Part shown: piece after piece, positions 51,389 through 63,673 of the stretch | Position numbering within the stretch: position 1 is the first letter of the stretch | Layout: every line of letters starts with the position of its first letter | Assembly: GCA_964016885.1 (NCBI GenBank) | Contig: OZ024743.1 | Span: forward strand, 63,736,001-63,800,000 | Length of the DNA: 64,000 nucleotides | From: Eledone cirrhosa | Lineage: Eukaryota | Direction of reading: 5' to 3' | Position numbers and translations under genes: made by a program | Notes under the pieces: model-generated | The model's database searches: none | Seen by the model: the letters and a program-made list of their open reading frames with translations, nothing else | What the model was told of the DNA's origin: nothing

Positions 51389-51570
51389 CATACATGGTCA
51401 GTGGACAACAAGAACTAGTTCCAACAGGGTGGTGGATGAAGCTCTACATTGCAAGCTGCCAATGATGTCAGCCGCACAACAGCCAACTCCCCCAAATATT
51501 TCGAATGCCACATAAATAAATATTGAATTTTTGGGGAGTTGGTCCACTGACAATGAATTTCTGTTCATTG

Positions 51571-51742
51571 TTAATGGCTCACCTTACAAGCATTGATGGC
51601 TCGCCTTAACAGGGTTAATGGCTCACCTTACAAGCATTGATGGCTCACCATACCAGGGTTAATGGCTCAACTTACTAGCATTGATGGCTCACCATACCAG
51701 GGTTAATGGCTCAACTTACTAGCGTTGATGGCTCACCATACC
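51571..51742. repeat. 44-bp minisatellite (two ~22-bp subunits), 4 copies
   Basis: ttaatggctc at 51571, 51615, 51659, 51703. Confidence 0.9.
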
Positions 51743-51789
51743 AATGTATCAGGTGATGTCCATGCACACACATACATATACCCACTAAC

Positions 51790-52200
51790 TGGGAGATTCT
51801 TCTTGACTTCTAGTAGCTCCAATTTGGTGAACTGTTGTGCAGAGAGTAGCAAGCAAGTATGGCTGTCATGGGATTTCCTATAAATATGACAGGAAAGATC
51901 TGCTCATCAATCTTCTTGACTGAAAGAAGTAGAAACTAGCATTTAATCAAGAGAAATGCCCACACCTCGGATGGAAGCTCCAGTCATTTCGAACAGCAGA
52001 TGTAGTGAAGAGAGTTGTAGCTCCAAGATTGCATGCAACTATTTCTGGGTTGGAGTCAAAATGTACAAAATGATCATCTTGAGAGATGTTGTAGTCAGTC
52101 ATCAGTTTGATGAGCTCAGCTTGTGATGATGCAGTGTTGAGAGTTCTACAGTTGAGTGTGATCACTTTATAAGACTGGCTAGGTCTAGAGATATTTTTGT
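51790..52200 (-). mobile_element. Decayed APE-endonuclease N-terminus of a LINE
   Basis: ITLNCRTLNTASSQAELIKLMTDYNI resembles the APE motif I (T.N.RTL). Confidence 0.5.
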
Positions 52201-53004
52201 TGGGTCATTGATGATCGAAGCTCAGTTGTCTGAAAGAATTTACGTCAGGCTTGTCATTGACTGCAGGAGCAGTATTGCATGACCGCATGAATGTCTGATT
52301 GGCAAGAGTTTAACCTTGGTGCTGTAGTTGAACTTCATGTTTTTTCTAATGGTTAAATACAATTTGGTGCTCATAACAAAGCCTTACCTATAGTCATGAA
52401 TCTTGGGTAGTGACTGAAAGAATACAATCAGTTGGAGATGGTTGCAGCTGACAGGAGTGTTTGAGGACTCTTCCCCTACGACACTCTTAAGAAGAAGAAG
52501 AAGAAGGAGGAGGAGATACATATGCGGCTTGCCAGACCTGCATATTTTATGGTTCTCTGTTAACTCGATCAATGCACCTTCCTGTTGTGAAGTGAAATGA
52601 TCATCTGTGAAGTTGCTCTGTCCTATTTGCCAAAACATCTATCTGTTAATGATTGCCACAAGAACTAAAGCTAGCCATAAAGATGGAGGTCTTTTTTCTT
52701 TCTTGAGGTTAGGCTCCACTACATCCATTGTGTTCAGCTCCAAACAGGATCAACAGATAAAGGTATTTAAAAATGTATACATTTGTAAACACTATTGGAT
52801 GGCAGTTGACTCTCCTGAGTGCCTCCGCCATTTGACATGGTTTATTTTTTGTCCCATGGAGTATCCAAAAGAAGTGACCCATCTCACTAAGTGAGGTTGC
52901 CGGTTTAGTTTCCAACAATCTGACCATATAACGGGCTGTACTCTTAGACACAGATTTAGTCAATATTTATAACCAAACTATTTTAGTATATCAGTATATA
53001 TTAT

Positions 53005-53290
53005 TATCATCGTCGTTTAACGTCCACTTTCTACGCTCATACAGAACTGTTTCTGGCTAGATTTCTACAGCTGGATGCCCTTCCTAATGCCAATCACATT
53101 TACAGTGTGTGCTAGGTGCTTTTTGCCATGACTCCTACATGACCACTTTACAGTGTTGGCTGGGTGCTTTTTGTTGTGACACCTACACGACCACTTTACA
53201 GTGTGTGCTGGGTGCTTTTTGTCTTGACACCTACACAACCACTTTACAGTGTGGGCTGGATGCCTTTTTGTGATACCAACATAACTTTAG
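53005..53290 (-). mobile_element. RTE/SINE-type 3' tail with an internal 48-bp tandem repeat (about 4 copies)
   Basis: catcgtcgtttaacgtcc...gctggatgcccttcctaa, then ttacagtgtgtgctgggtgctttttg..gacacctacacgaccact repeated over ~53100-53290. Confidence 0.75.
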
Positions 53291-53313
53291 AGTGCAAGGG
53301 TGGTGTGGGCTGA

Positions 53314-53315
<2 letters not shown>

Positions 53316-53372
<57 letters not shown>
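53316..53372. repeat. (TA)n microsatellite
   Basis: Read directly. Confidence 0.95.
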
Positions 53373-53374
<2 letters not shown>

Positions 53375-53555
53375 TTTATCCCAGGTTCAATCGGGGTAAC
53401 CACAGTAAGTAAGTACTCAATACAAAGCAGAGTATAATATATAACTTTAGCTTTGTCACCAGTAAGTGATGCTTATTGCAGAAATTTGGTTCCCACACCT
53501 AGGAACCTAGGTGTGGAACAAATTTTTCTTCTTCCCTGTTAAATATATTTTTCTT

Positions 53556-53674
53556 GTTCTCTTTCTGATGAAGTGCAATCACAGACATATACTGCATACG
53601 AATGAACATTGCATAATGCAGTCAGGGGATGTAGACTGTTGCGTAAATGTACAGAAACATGTTAAAGATTGAGC
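53556..53674 (+). ncRNA. Type I hammerhead ribozyme, intact core, very long stem II
   Basis: GTTC TCTTT-CTGATGA-A GTGCA...ACTGCAT...ATGCAGT...TGTAC A-GAAA-CATGT-T-AAAGA tt GAGC; palindromic stem III ACATGT, GUU triplet; AATAAA follows. Confidence 0.7.
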
Positions 53675-54042
53675 ATACAATAAATTTCTCCTTCTGTCCA
53701 CAACCAGCTACCTAGTTTTTGTTACAGCATTCATTGTGGCATTCGCTATGCCAATTGGCGGTGGGGTATCTGAAGCTGGATCTTAACCCAAATTTTAGCT
53801 CACAACTCGAAGCAAAAACACAGCCAAGAGATGGCTCATATCTCGAAAAACTCATTATTTGGGACACTTGTAAGTCAAGGTACCACTGTATAGAGTAATG
53901 TAAATGGTAAACGGTTAACCTATGCAAACGTGGAAAAACAGAAATAAAAATGGTGATGATAATGATGATATATATATATAGACATACACACACACACATA
54001 TATGATATGTACACACACACACACATATATATATATATGATA

Positions 54043-54303
54043 TGTTGTTTCCTTGAGCAAGACACTTTATTTCACATTGTTCCAGTTTACTCAGCTGTAG
54101 AAATGAGATGATAGGGACTGGGGTCGATATCATTCCACTGTAAAGTGGACATGTAGGTGCCACGGTAAAAAAAAAAGCACCCAGCACTCACTGTAAATGA
54201 GGTTGGTGTTAGGAAGGGCATCCAGCTGTAGAAATCAAGCCAGAATCAGTTCACATCCCACCCTTGCAAGCAGGGAAAAGTAAAATGATGATGATGATGA
54301 TGA
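54043..54303 (+). mobile_element. 5'-truncated copy of the CORE-type SINE
   Basis: Near reverse complement of 15562-15820; (GAT)n tail. Confidence 0.85.
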
Positions 54304-54726
54304 TTATATATATATAATGTGTTTGTGTTTATTTACTTCCTACACTAACAGTTTGACATGAAGGGATCAATAAAATATATAACAAAAAATGATAAAAATA
54401 AGTAAAAGAATTAGTTTATTTTCACTGTAGTGTAAATCTGTCAAACGGTTTATACAATACTGTAATATATGATACCAATATCCTCTAACCTGATTAACAA
54501 CAGTGACTAGATGAACGCCTTCGTCTTTTTCAAGGAAAATAGGAAAACATGTACGATGAAATCAATAAAAAAAATAACACGATATAATGTTTATCGATTT
54601 CATTATCATCATCATTGTTTTTACATCTGTTTTTCCATGCTTGCATGGGTTGGACAGGTCCTTCTCAGCACAGCAGCTCTCCCCTTGTCACGTTCCTTTG
54701 TTATTATTATTATATATATATATATG

Positions 54727-55701
54727 GTAGAGTGGACAGCTTCCGTTACCTGGGTGACAAAATCAACAGTGGGAGAGGGTGCTCTGAAAGTACAGTAGCT
54801 AGAGTCAAAACTGGATGGAAAAAGTTCAGAGAGCTTATACCACTATTAGCCGCTAAAGGGTTCTCCCTAAAAATGAAAGGCAGGCTGTATGATGCCTGCA
54901 TACGAACAGCAATGTTGCATGGCAGTGAAACCTGGGCATTGTGTGCAGAGGATATACGCAGACTGGAGAGGAACGAAGCTTGCATGCTCCGCTGGATGTG
55001 TAACAGTAATATACGTGAACGGCAAAGCATAAACGAACTAAGGAAAAAATTAGAAATAAGAGGGATCAGATGTTGTTTACTCGAGAGAAGGCTACGTTGG
55101 TATGGACACGTGATGCGCATGAAAGTCGATAGCTGTATAACAAAGTGCAGGGCAATAAAGATAGACGGTAGCCACGGAATAGGCAGACCTAGAAAAACCT
55201 GGGACGAGCTGATAAACTCCGACCTCACACACTTACACCTCTCCAAGACAATGTCACTGGACCGAGACCTTTGGCGCTACATAGTAATAGAGAAGACCCG
55301 CCTTACCTAAGTACAAAGTGAAACCTACTACAGTCAGTAGGCACCTCTAACAAAATACACCCCCGTCCCACTACCCCCACATATCCACACCACCCCTTTC
55401 TCTGTAAAGTTATGTTGGTACCACAACATCCAGCCCGAAACAAATGAGGTCGTGTAGGTCTCACGACAAAAAAACACACAGTCCACGCTGTAATGTGGCC
55501 GTGTAGGTAACACGGTAAAAACCTCCCAGTTCCACACTGTAAACGTGGTTGGTGTTAGGAAGGGCATCCAGCCGTAGAAAACCTGCCAGACAGTCCTATG
55601 CGAGCAGGACAACCAATCTTGCCTCAAGTGGGAAAACTCCCGTCCAAACCCATGCAAGCGTGGAAGATGGACGTTAAACGATGATGATGCTGATGATGAT
55701 G
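54727..55701 (+). mobile_element. RTE-clade LINE 3' end with complete 3' UTR and (GAT)n tail
   Basis: SFRYLGDKINSG...LRWYGHVMRM...GRPRKTW; close to the ORF at 25330..26052. Confidence 0.93.
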
Positions 55702-55820
55702 ACACACACACACATAAGCTAGATACAGTCATGCTATATTTGATTCTTTAAAGTCCTGTATTATAATTTCATTCAACAACACTACCAGCTCTCTCTCTCT
55801 TCCATTTTCTTTCTCTGTTT

Positions 55821-55824
<4 letters not shown>

Positions 55825-55876
<52 letters not shown>
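55825..55876. repeat. (CT)n microsatellite
   Basis: Read directly. Confidence 0.95.
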
Positions 55877-55880
<4 letters not shown>

Positions 55881-57009
55881 CTACTCTCTCACAACCACTA
55901 CCGCTTTCTCTCTATTTATGGAGGTACCCGGAAAACCCTGTATCTCGGGAACCCGTGCTCCAATATACGTGAAACTTGTTTTATTCCATTTGTATTCCCA
56001 TTTTACAGCAACTTCCTTTTAAAGTATGTTCCTATTATGCACCGTTTTAGCTGTATTAAGTTACAGACAAGCACACAATCACAGACTTTTAGTAGTATAT
56101 AGATAAATATATTAATGTCAGGTCACGTCTGAGTACTACTGGTAACATGTATGTACAACCTGTCACATGGTTGGATCATCAGTGACTAAACTGGAAACCG
56201 CACCAAGCCTGTTTGATGAGGAGGGTGACTAGACACCCTTCAGGATGTAAAACAAGACCTGACAAAGGGCAGAGGAACTCACAAGAGTCAACATTCATCT
56301 AACAATGTGTATATATGTATATACTGTGTGGGTGTGTAAATGTATATATGTGGGTATGTGTGGGTGTGTAAATGTATATATGTGGGTATGTGTGGGATTG
56401 GTTGCATGTACGTGTGTATTTTTATTTACTTATTTTATTTTTATTTTATTATTTTAATGTTTAATTTCATCTTTCTATCTATTTTACCTAGTTATTATTG
56501 ATCTGGGAAAAACCTTTGGCTGCATTATGCGCAGGAACATAGAAATAATCGGGCTAGATATCCAATCATGTGGTTAAACCACTTTGAGTGAAGGACCCCT
56601 ATCCTTTGTCAGGGCATTTTTCTAGTAGAAGACAACTCAGGAAACTGGGATAATTCCAACATAAAACCTACGGCTCAGTAGTTACCGATGATATTGATCT
56701 TTTCTTCGTTTCGGATTATAGCTACTGTTGCTCAGAGAGTGGGATTGGCTCAGGCCACAGTCTTTCTTCACTTTAAAAAAAATCTTCACGCACAGGCATT
56801 GTACAATAACATTAATAATATTATTTATAAGATCTCAACTGAATGGCTGGCTGTAGCCTTAAAAAGAAACCAATCAATGATGTCTCAAAACAGTATGAAA
56901 GTAAATGGCAATAAGGGCTCTGGAACCACACCGGGTGAAAGGGTCTGACCTGGCAGGGGCTCAGGGCATCACAGCTTGGCCCTGGCTGTCATCATGCCAC
57001 TATGATAGA

Positions 57010-60000
57010 ACCAATAAAACTTAAAACAAGAAAAACATTGAATATTGGCTGTTGGAAATTACGAACACTTCTTCTCAGTGATTCCTCAGAACATCCTGAA
57101 TGAAGGACCACTCTTGTTGAGGAGCTTCATCGTTATGATCTTGACATCGTTGCTTTATCTGAGATGAGGTTAGCTGGAGATGGTCATCTTGCAGAATATT
57201 GTGGAGAATATACATTCTTCTGGTAAGGAAGAGATGAAGGAACCAGAAGAGAGGCTGGGGTAGCATTTGCTGTTAAGACTGCACTTGTGGATAAGTTGGA
57301 AGAATTTCCAGTGGGGATTAGTGAGTGTCTTATGTACATGAAAATTCCATTGAACAAAGGAAGGTATGCGACCCTGGTGAGTGTGTATGCTCCAACTATG
57401 AATTCTGTTGATGAGGAAAATGGATCTTTCTACTATGCTTTGAAAGGTGTTATAAGAAATATCCCTCAGGCAGACAAGGTCATCATGCTGGATGACTTTA
57501 CTGCTAGAGTGGGTAGGGATTTTAACACATTGAATGTAATCGGAAGGCATGGGGTTGGAAAGTCTAACAGCAATAGTATGCTTCTGCTGCAGATGTATGA
57601 GGAGCTGGATCTGTTTGTTACCAACACCATGTTTCAGCACCCTGCATCTAAAGAATGGCATTTTCTGGACTACATCCTTGTCAGGGTGCATGACACATGG
57701 GATGTGCAGTGTGTTCGTGTTCTTCGTGGGGCTGAGTGCTGGACGGACCATTGCCTGCTCTGTGCAAAAGGGAAATTAATTACAAAATGTAAAATCGGGG
57801 CAGCTGGTGTTACCTTGCCTAAAATACTGAATGTTGCTCGTCTTAGGGATAATACTGTGAAGAGGGCATTGAGAGAAGAAATGAATGTTGCAGATATTGG
57901 TGAGGATTGGCCGACCCATAAAAAGTCGATTTATGATGTAGGCAGGCGTGTTCTGGGATTAGTACAAAGAAAGCATTAAGACTGGTTTAAAGAAAATGAT
58001 GAACATATTGATGGATTGTTGGCTGATAAGAGGTATGCTCTCTCATGCTACTTGGCAGCAAAACCACAGGAGAAGAATATGTTGCATAAGGAACTGAAGG
58101 ATGTGAAATCACATGTGATGAAAGATAAGTGGAGTAGTGAGAAAGATGATGAGATACAAGCTGCATCAGATTCCAATAACACAAAATAGTTGTACAATCT
58201 CTTGCGTGAAGTTTATGGACCGTCTTCTTCTCTGGTGACACCGCTTCACAGCAGGGATGGCAAGGAATTCTGCGAAGGTGGTGAGAACACTTTCATGGAC
58301 TTTTGAATCAACTGTCTGTTGTCAATGAGGATTTCCACAATCTAATCCCTGAAAAACCTGTGAAAGTAGCTCTTACAGAACCACCGACTTTAGAGGAAGT
58401 TGCAGTAGCTGTCTCGAAGCTGAACAGTGGAAGGTCTTCAGGTATGGATGGCATACATGTAGAGCTCTTACAATATGGTAGTGAGAAACTTCTCGACATT
58501 TTCACTCTTTGTTTGGCAAGATATGGGCTAGTGAATCTGTGCCTGAGGACTGGAGAGATGCAGTAATGGTAGTCTTGTACAAGGGAAAGGGGAACATGGT
58601 TGATAGTGGAAACTACAGGGGTATATCATTGTTTTCTGTTGTAGGAAAAATTTTATGTAGGGTGATTCTGGACCGTTTGCTGACACATATTGCAGATTGT
58701 GTTCTTCCTGAAAGTCAATCTGGTTTTCGTGCTAGACACGGCACCACTAATATGATCTCAGCTAGACAGCTTCAGAAGAAGTGTATGTAACAGAGTTTGG
58801 ATCTCTATCAGGTTTTTATCAATCTGATAACAGCTTTTGATACTCTTAACAGAAATTCATTGTGGAAGGTTCTCCAGAAACTTGGTTGCTCTGATAAGTT
58901 CCTTGCTCTAGTTAGGTCTTTCCATGATGACATGGAGACTTGGGTTAATGTCAGAGGTAACATGTCAGAGCCTATCTCAGTGAAAAATGGAGTGAAGCAG
59001 GGGGATATTCCAGCACCAACCCTATTTGCCATATACTTTGTGATGGTTTTCTATATTGCATTCAGGAATTGCAAGCATGGTGTTTACATCTACTATCAAA
59101 CCTTTAGCAGTATATTTAATATCAGGCGCTATGCTGCAAAAACAAAAGTATTTACCTCTATCATAAGAGACCTTTTGTATGCAGATGATTGCAATCTTAT
59201 AGCGCACACAGAGACTGATATGCAGCACCTTTTGAATGCATTTTCTGATGCTTGCACTGCCCTAGGATTGACTGTCAGTCTCAAGAAAACTATTGTCATG
59301 TACCAACCTGCTCCTGGTAAGTAGAATGAACCAAATATCTATGTGTATGGTAAAAGACTTGGAGTGGTTGATCAATTTGTCTACATAGGAAGCACAGTCC
59401 ATCAATAAAACAATCTTGATAATGAAATTCCACTCAGGATTAGGAAAGCAAGTGATGCTTTTGGAAAGCAAGTAAGGTGCTTCTGGAGTCAGTGAGACAT
59501 ATGCAAGAAGATAAAGGTAAAGGTGTACAAGGCATTTGTGCTCTCCTATCTTCTTTATGCCTGTGAGACCAGGGTCACATATTGACACCACCTTAAACAA
59601 TTGGAATATAGTGTCTCAGATGGATCCATAGCGTTCACATCAGTGATGTTGAGATTTTGGAAAGTTCTCTGTGTGAAAGCATAGAAGCTCTTGTGATGAA
59701 GCAAAGACTCTAATGGAGTGGTCATCTTGCCAGGATGGAGGATTCTAAGATACCAAAACAACTGTTTAATGAGAGTTAGTTAAAGGAAAATGACCTCCAC
59801 ATAAACCAAAAAAGAGATATAAGGATTCATTGATACATGGGAAAGCGTAGCTGCTGATTGTAGTAAATGGAGAAAGATTGTACTGAGGGGAAAATTGCTT
59901 TTGAAGCATCTCGAATCATATATGAGAAAGTAAAAAGGGATGTCAGGAATGGCATTGCTGTTACATTTCCAGACAGCCAAGGTCCTCCTATGGCGCTGAC

Positions 60001-60095
60001 ATGCAGCATCTGTGTCTATGCAAGGCTCTGCCTCAGCAAAGCTGGACTCGAAAGTCATCTTTGCAGTCATAAAGTGAAACCAGTGGTTGACTACC
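57010..60095 (+). mobile_element. Near full-length decayed RTE-clade (BovB-like) LINE
   Basis: LNIGCWKLRTLL, VSVYAPTM, WHFLDYILVR, GNYRGISLFSVVGK, GVKQGDIPAPTLF, LLYADDC, C-terminal CSIC...GLESHLCSH. Confidence 0.92.
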
Positions 60096-60300
60096 AGGCT
60101 ACTGGTATAATTCTGAAGTTATAGTCAGGGTGGAGTATCTGCAAATTTCTCATTAGTTCTGCATAGATATTCTCCTTTTTGCTAATCTTTAATATTATAT
60201 TAGCATCTGCTGGGCAGCTATCTTCCTCTCCTGTGCATGCCTTCTTTTCCCATATCATTATATCTGGTCTGGGTATGAGATTTTGATTATCATACAGGGA
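60095..60300 (-). mobile_element. R4/Dong-type restriction-like endonuclease fragment
   Basis: RPDIMIWEKK...DSCPADANIILKISKKENIYAELMRNLQILHPDYNFRIIP. Confidence 0.75.
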
Positions 60301-60614
60301 GTATCTTTCAAGGAGTTCCTTCCCAACTCTCATGATCTTAACTGTCTCATGCAGACAGACTTGCTCAATAGATGGGCTCCTATGCTTAAAGTTTCGTAAA
60401 TGTTGGTGTTAGGACAGGCACAACAAACACATTGTGAGCCACTGTTTTATTGTGTGCAGAGAGTTCCGATGACGATATTTTTTTAATTGGGTGTAATATT
60501 CCCTGGTTATGCATTCCTTATTACAAATACCATTATAGGACATATTCTCATCTATACCCAGGAATCTGTAGCAGTGAAACAGTTAGGTTATTGATACAAA
60601 TGTTGCTAGATTGG

Positions 60615-60619
<5 letters not shown>

Positions 60620-60663
<44 letters not shown>
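60620..60663. repeat. (GT)n microsatellite
   Basis: Read directly. Confidence 0.95.
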
Positions 60664-60664
<1 letters not shown>

Positions 60665-60990
60665 ATCATCATCATCGTCGTTTTTATGTTCATTTTTCCA
60701 CACGTGCATAATGGGTTGGACGGGTCCTTCTCAGCTCGCCCTCTCTCCACTCACTGTGTTTGTTTGTCATCTCTTCTGTGAGTCTCAGTGATTTGCGATC
60801 AGCTCTCACCACATCAGACCTGGTCTTTCTTGGTCTACCTCTACTGTGGCTCCCTTTCACAGGGATTTCCTGGCACTTCTTTACCCAACAATCATCATCC
60901 ATGTGCATCACATGTCTGTACCAACAGTCTTCTCTCCTGCACATCACCTCAGATTCTTCTTAACCCAGCTTCGCCCTCAGTTCATCCACG
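60664..60990 (-). mobile_element. RTE-clade LINE 3' end (a further subfamily)
   Basis: WYRHVMHMDDDCWVKKC..RGRPRKT..VRAD; (GAT)n tail on the minus strand. Confidence 0.85.
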
Positions 60991-61389
60991 TTCTACTTTC
61001 TATCACATCTTACCTGTTTAATTACTTTCATAAGGTAAAATATTTAAATGATGCTTTATATCTGCATCCTAGTTGTTAGGGTTTGGGGCTTAGGATTATA
61101 ATGCCATGTGTTTGATTCCTGACCTTGGTTGTGTGTTATGGGTTTGAGCAAAGAACTTGATTTTTTATGTTGGTCATGTCAAGTCATTTGAAAAGAAATA
61201 CCAGAAACAGAAGTATCTCGATGTTAATCTTGTGATGAATTTCCACTCCATCTAGGGAGAGAGTAGTCTTGTACTCCCAGTCATGAGTTGCCAATGAACT
61301 AGGGATATGTTCCGACCTAATGAGACTCTGGGCTTTGGACAAACTTTAACCTCTTTTTTAATCATGATTAAGTCCTGTATCTCTTGTGT

Positions 61390-61740
61390 GTACACTTAAA
61401 GCACTGTGAGTACACTCAGAACCCTTGAAGTACACTTACAGCCCTGTATTTACACATGGGCCCTATTAGTATACTTAGAGACCTATATTTACACTCAGGG
61501 CACTGTAAGTATACACAGGACCCTGAAATACATGCAGAAACCTAGGAGGACACTCGGAGCACTGTATTTACACCCAGGGCCCTGTGAGTATACATGGAGA
61601 CCAAGTGGGTACACTCAGAACCTGTGAATACACCCAAAAACATTGTGAGTATACTCATAGCCATGTATGTACACGCAGGGCCCTCAGTGTCCACTCAGTT
61701 CTGTAGCTACACACAAAGTCCTGCTGGTAAATATACACTC
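61390..61740. repeat. Diverged ~20-bp minisatellite
   Basis: Recurrent ctgt(g/a)agtacactcag.gccc motif. Confidence 0.7.
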
Positions 61741-62014
61741 ATGGCTAAACAAACACATGTGTGTAAGTTTACACAAATGTATGTTTACACATATGTATAA
61801 ACTCTATTTAAGTCTATTTTATATCAATATCCTGTAACATTGGCAATTTCTTAGTAACTGAATACCATTGCTTTTCTAGGAAAGAGAGAAACAGAACAAG
61901 TGAAAGGTGAAATCAAAAGAAACTAATAAAATTAGTTTTAGAACGTAAAGCCTTTTCAATCATGTGTTGTTTACACTTTGAGGATATCATTGCCTGCAAC
62001 AGTGTGCAGTATTA

Positions 62015-62670
62015 TGTTAGGTGACGAAGTTGGGTCTTCTGTATTTCTTTGTGACACCAGAGGTCATAATCGTGTGTCATCGCCTTTGAGAGGTGCAATT
62101 GGGTATGGTTGGCTTTTATCACCTCATCCCAGGTCTTCTTTGGTCTCCCCTCTCCATGGCTTCCATTGACTTCTAGTGCTCTGCACCTTTTTATGTAGCT
62201 GTCATACGCATCACATGTCCATACCAACGCTACCGCTTCTCCTGCACACAGCATTTGATTCCTCTTAGGTTCAGTCTCTCTCTCAAATCGTTTATGCTTT
62301 GCCGTTTGCGTATATTACTATTACACATCCGTCGGAACATGCAAGCTTTGTTTCTTTCTAATCTATGCAAGTCTTCTACACACAGCGTCCAGGGCTCACT
62401 ACCATGTAACATTGCTGTTTGTATACACGCATCATACTGTCTGCCTTTCATTTTGAAGGAAAAGCTTTCTGCCACTGCTAGCTGCAAAAGGCTTTTCCCT
62501 CAAAATGAAAGGCAAAAGGTTAGGAAGGGCATCCAGCTGTAAAAATCAAGCCAAAATCAGTTCCCGTATGAATAAGACAAGGTCATCCGACCTGGCAGTG
62601 CCCACAACAGGACAACCCGTCTAACCCAGGCTAGCGTGGAAGAATAGACATAAAACGGTTATGATTATGA
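62015..62670. mobile_element. Rearranged RTE fragment: minus-strand ORF end joined by a fold-back to a plus-strand 3' tail
   Basis: 62015-62478 on the minus strand encodes KMKGRQYDAC..GRPKKTWDEVIK; 62483-62514 mirrors 62442-62472; 62518-62670 is a + strand tail like 22245-22399. Confidence 0.8.
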
Positions 62671-62905
62671 TATATATATATGTATATATATGTATATGTG
62701 TGTATATATAGTTATACTTGGGGAGGGTCATATTTGTGTAATATTGTCAGAATTAATAACAGAACACACTCACTGTTTGGTTGGTTTTCACTTCTGTGTC
62801 TTTTATATGGATTAATTTAATTTATTCAGTCCTCAATGTTCCCATTGACTGACCAACAGTCAAAAATACAGATACAATATAGACACAAACACATATATAT
62901 AGTCT

Positions 62906-62947
62906 ATCAAAGTTCTTTCGCTGCACATCTGCAACATCATCAGTGGT
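62906..62947 (-). ncRNA. Candidate minimal type I hammerhead motif
   Basis: Minus strand ACCA-CTGATGA-T-GTTGCA gatg TGCAGC-GAAA-GAACT-T-TGAT; 6-bp stem II, weak stems I and III. Confidence 0.5.
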
Positions 62948-63015
62948 GCTATTGTTTCCTCCCGTTGCATTGTATGTCTACGCCATCTTTATTTAGTCTG
63001 TTTATATATTTATTT

Positions 63016-63358
63016 CATCATCATCATCATCATCATCGTTTAACGTCCATGTTCCACGCTTGCATGGGTTTGGACGGGAGTTTTCCCACTTGAGGCAAGA
63101 GTGGTTGTCTTGTTCGCATAGGACTGTCTGGTGGGTTTTCTACAGCTGGATGCCCTTCCTAACACCAACCACATTTACAGTGTGGGACTGGGAGGTTTTT
63201 ACCGTGTTGCCTACACGGCCACATTACAGCGTGGACTGTGTGTTTTTTTGTCGTGACACCTACACGATCTCATTTGTTTCGGGCTGGATGTTGTGGCACT
63301 AACGTAACTTTACGTTGAAAGGGGCGGTGTGGTGTGACGGGGGCGTATTTTGTTAGAG
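63016..63358 (-). mobile_element. RTE 3' UTR fragment
   Basis: Reverse complement matches 55345-55700. Confidence 0.85.
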
Positions 63359-63673
63359 AATCTGTATTTTTTGTTATTGCTTGTTAAATACGAGGATCTT
63401 ATTCAAACCTTACCTTCTCGCTCACAACTCAACACCCATCCCTCCCACCCCCACGCACCACCATTATTATTACGTGGACCAATCATAAGCCAGAGGCCTA
63501 TACTATCGCTTACCTGGTTGCCTTTCGATATGATGGATGGATGGACTACGGAATTCTGGAGAGTGGAAGAGAGAAAAATCTGGACGCTCAGCGACAATGC
63601 CAAAGATAAAGACAAATTCACCTCGAGGACGAGAATGCGAGCATTCCTCTTTGTTTCGGCCGCAGATGGCTAA

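Noticed and set aside
52520-52965. Possible Penelope pre-RT coding remnant (FTSQQEGALIELTENHKI)
   Set aside because: A single weak motif with no RT or GIY-YIG motif nearby.
13450-55701. Apparent mirror symmetry of CR1, SINE and RTE copies around the satellite
   Set aside because: Order and flanks are not mirrored, and the copies have different truncation points; they are independent insertions of abundant families.
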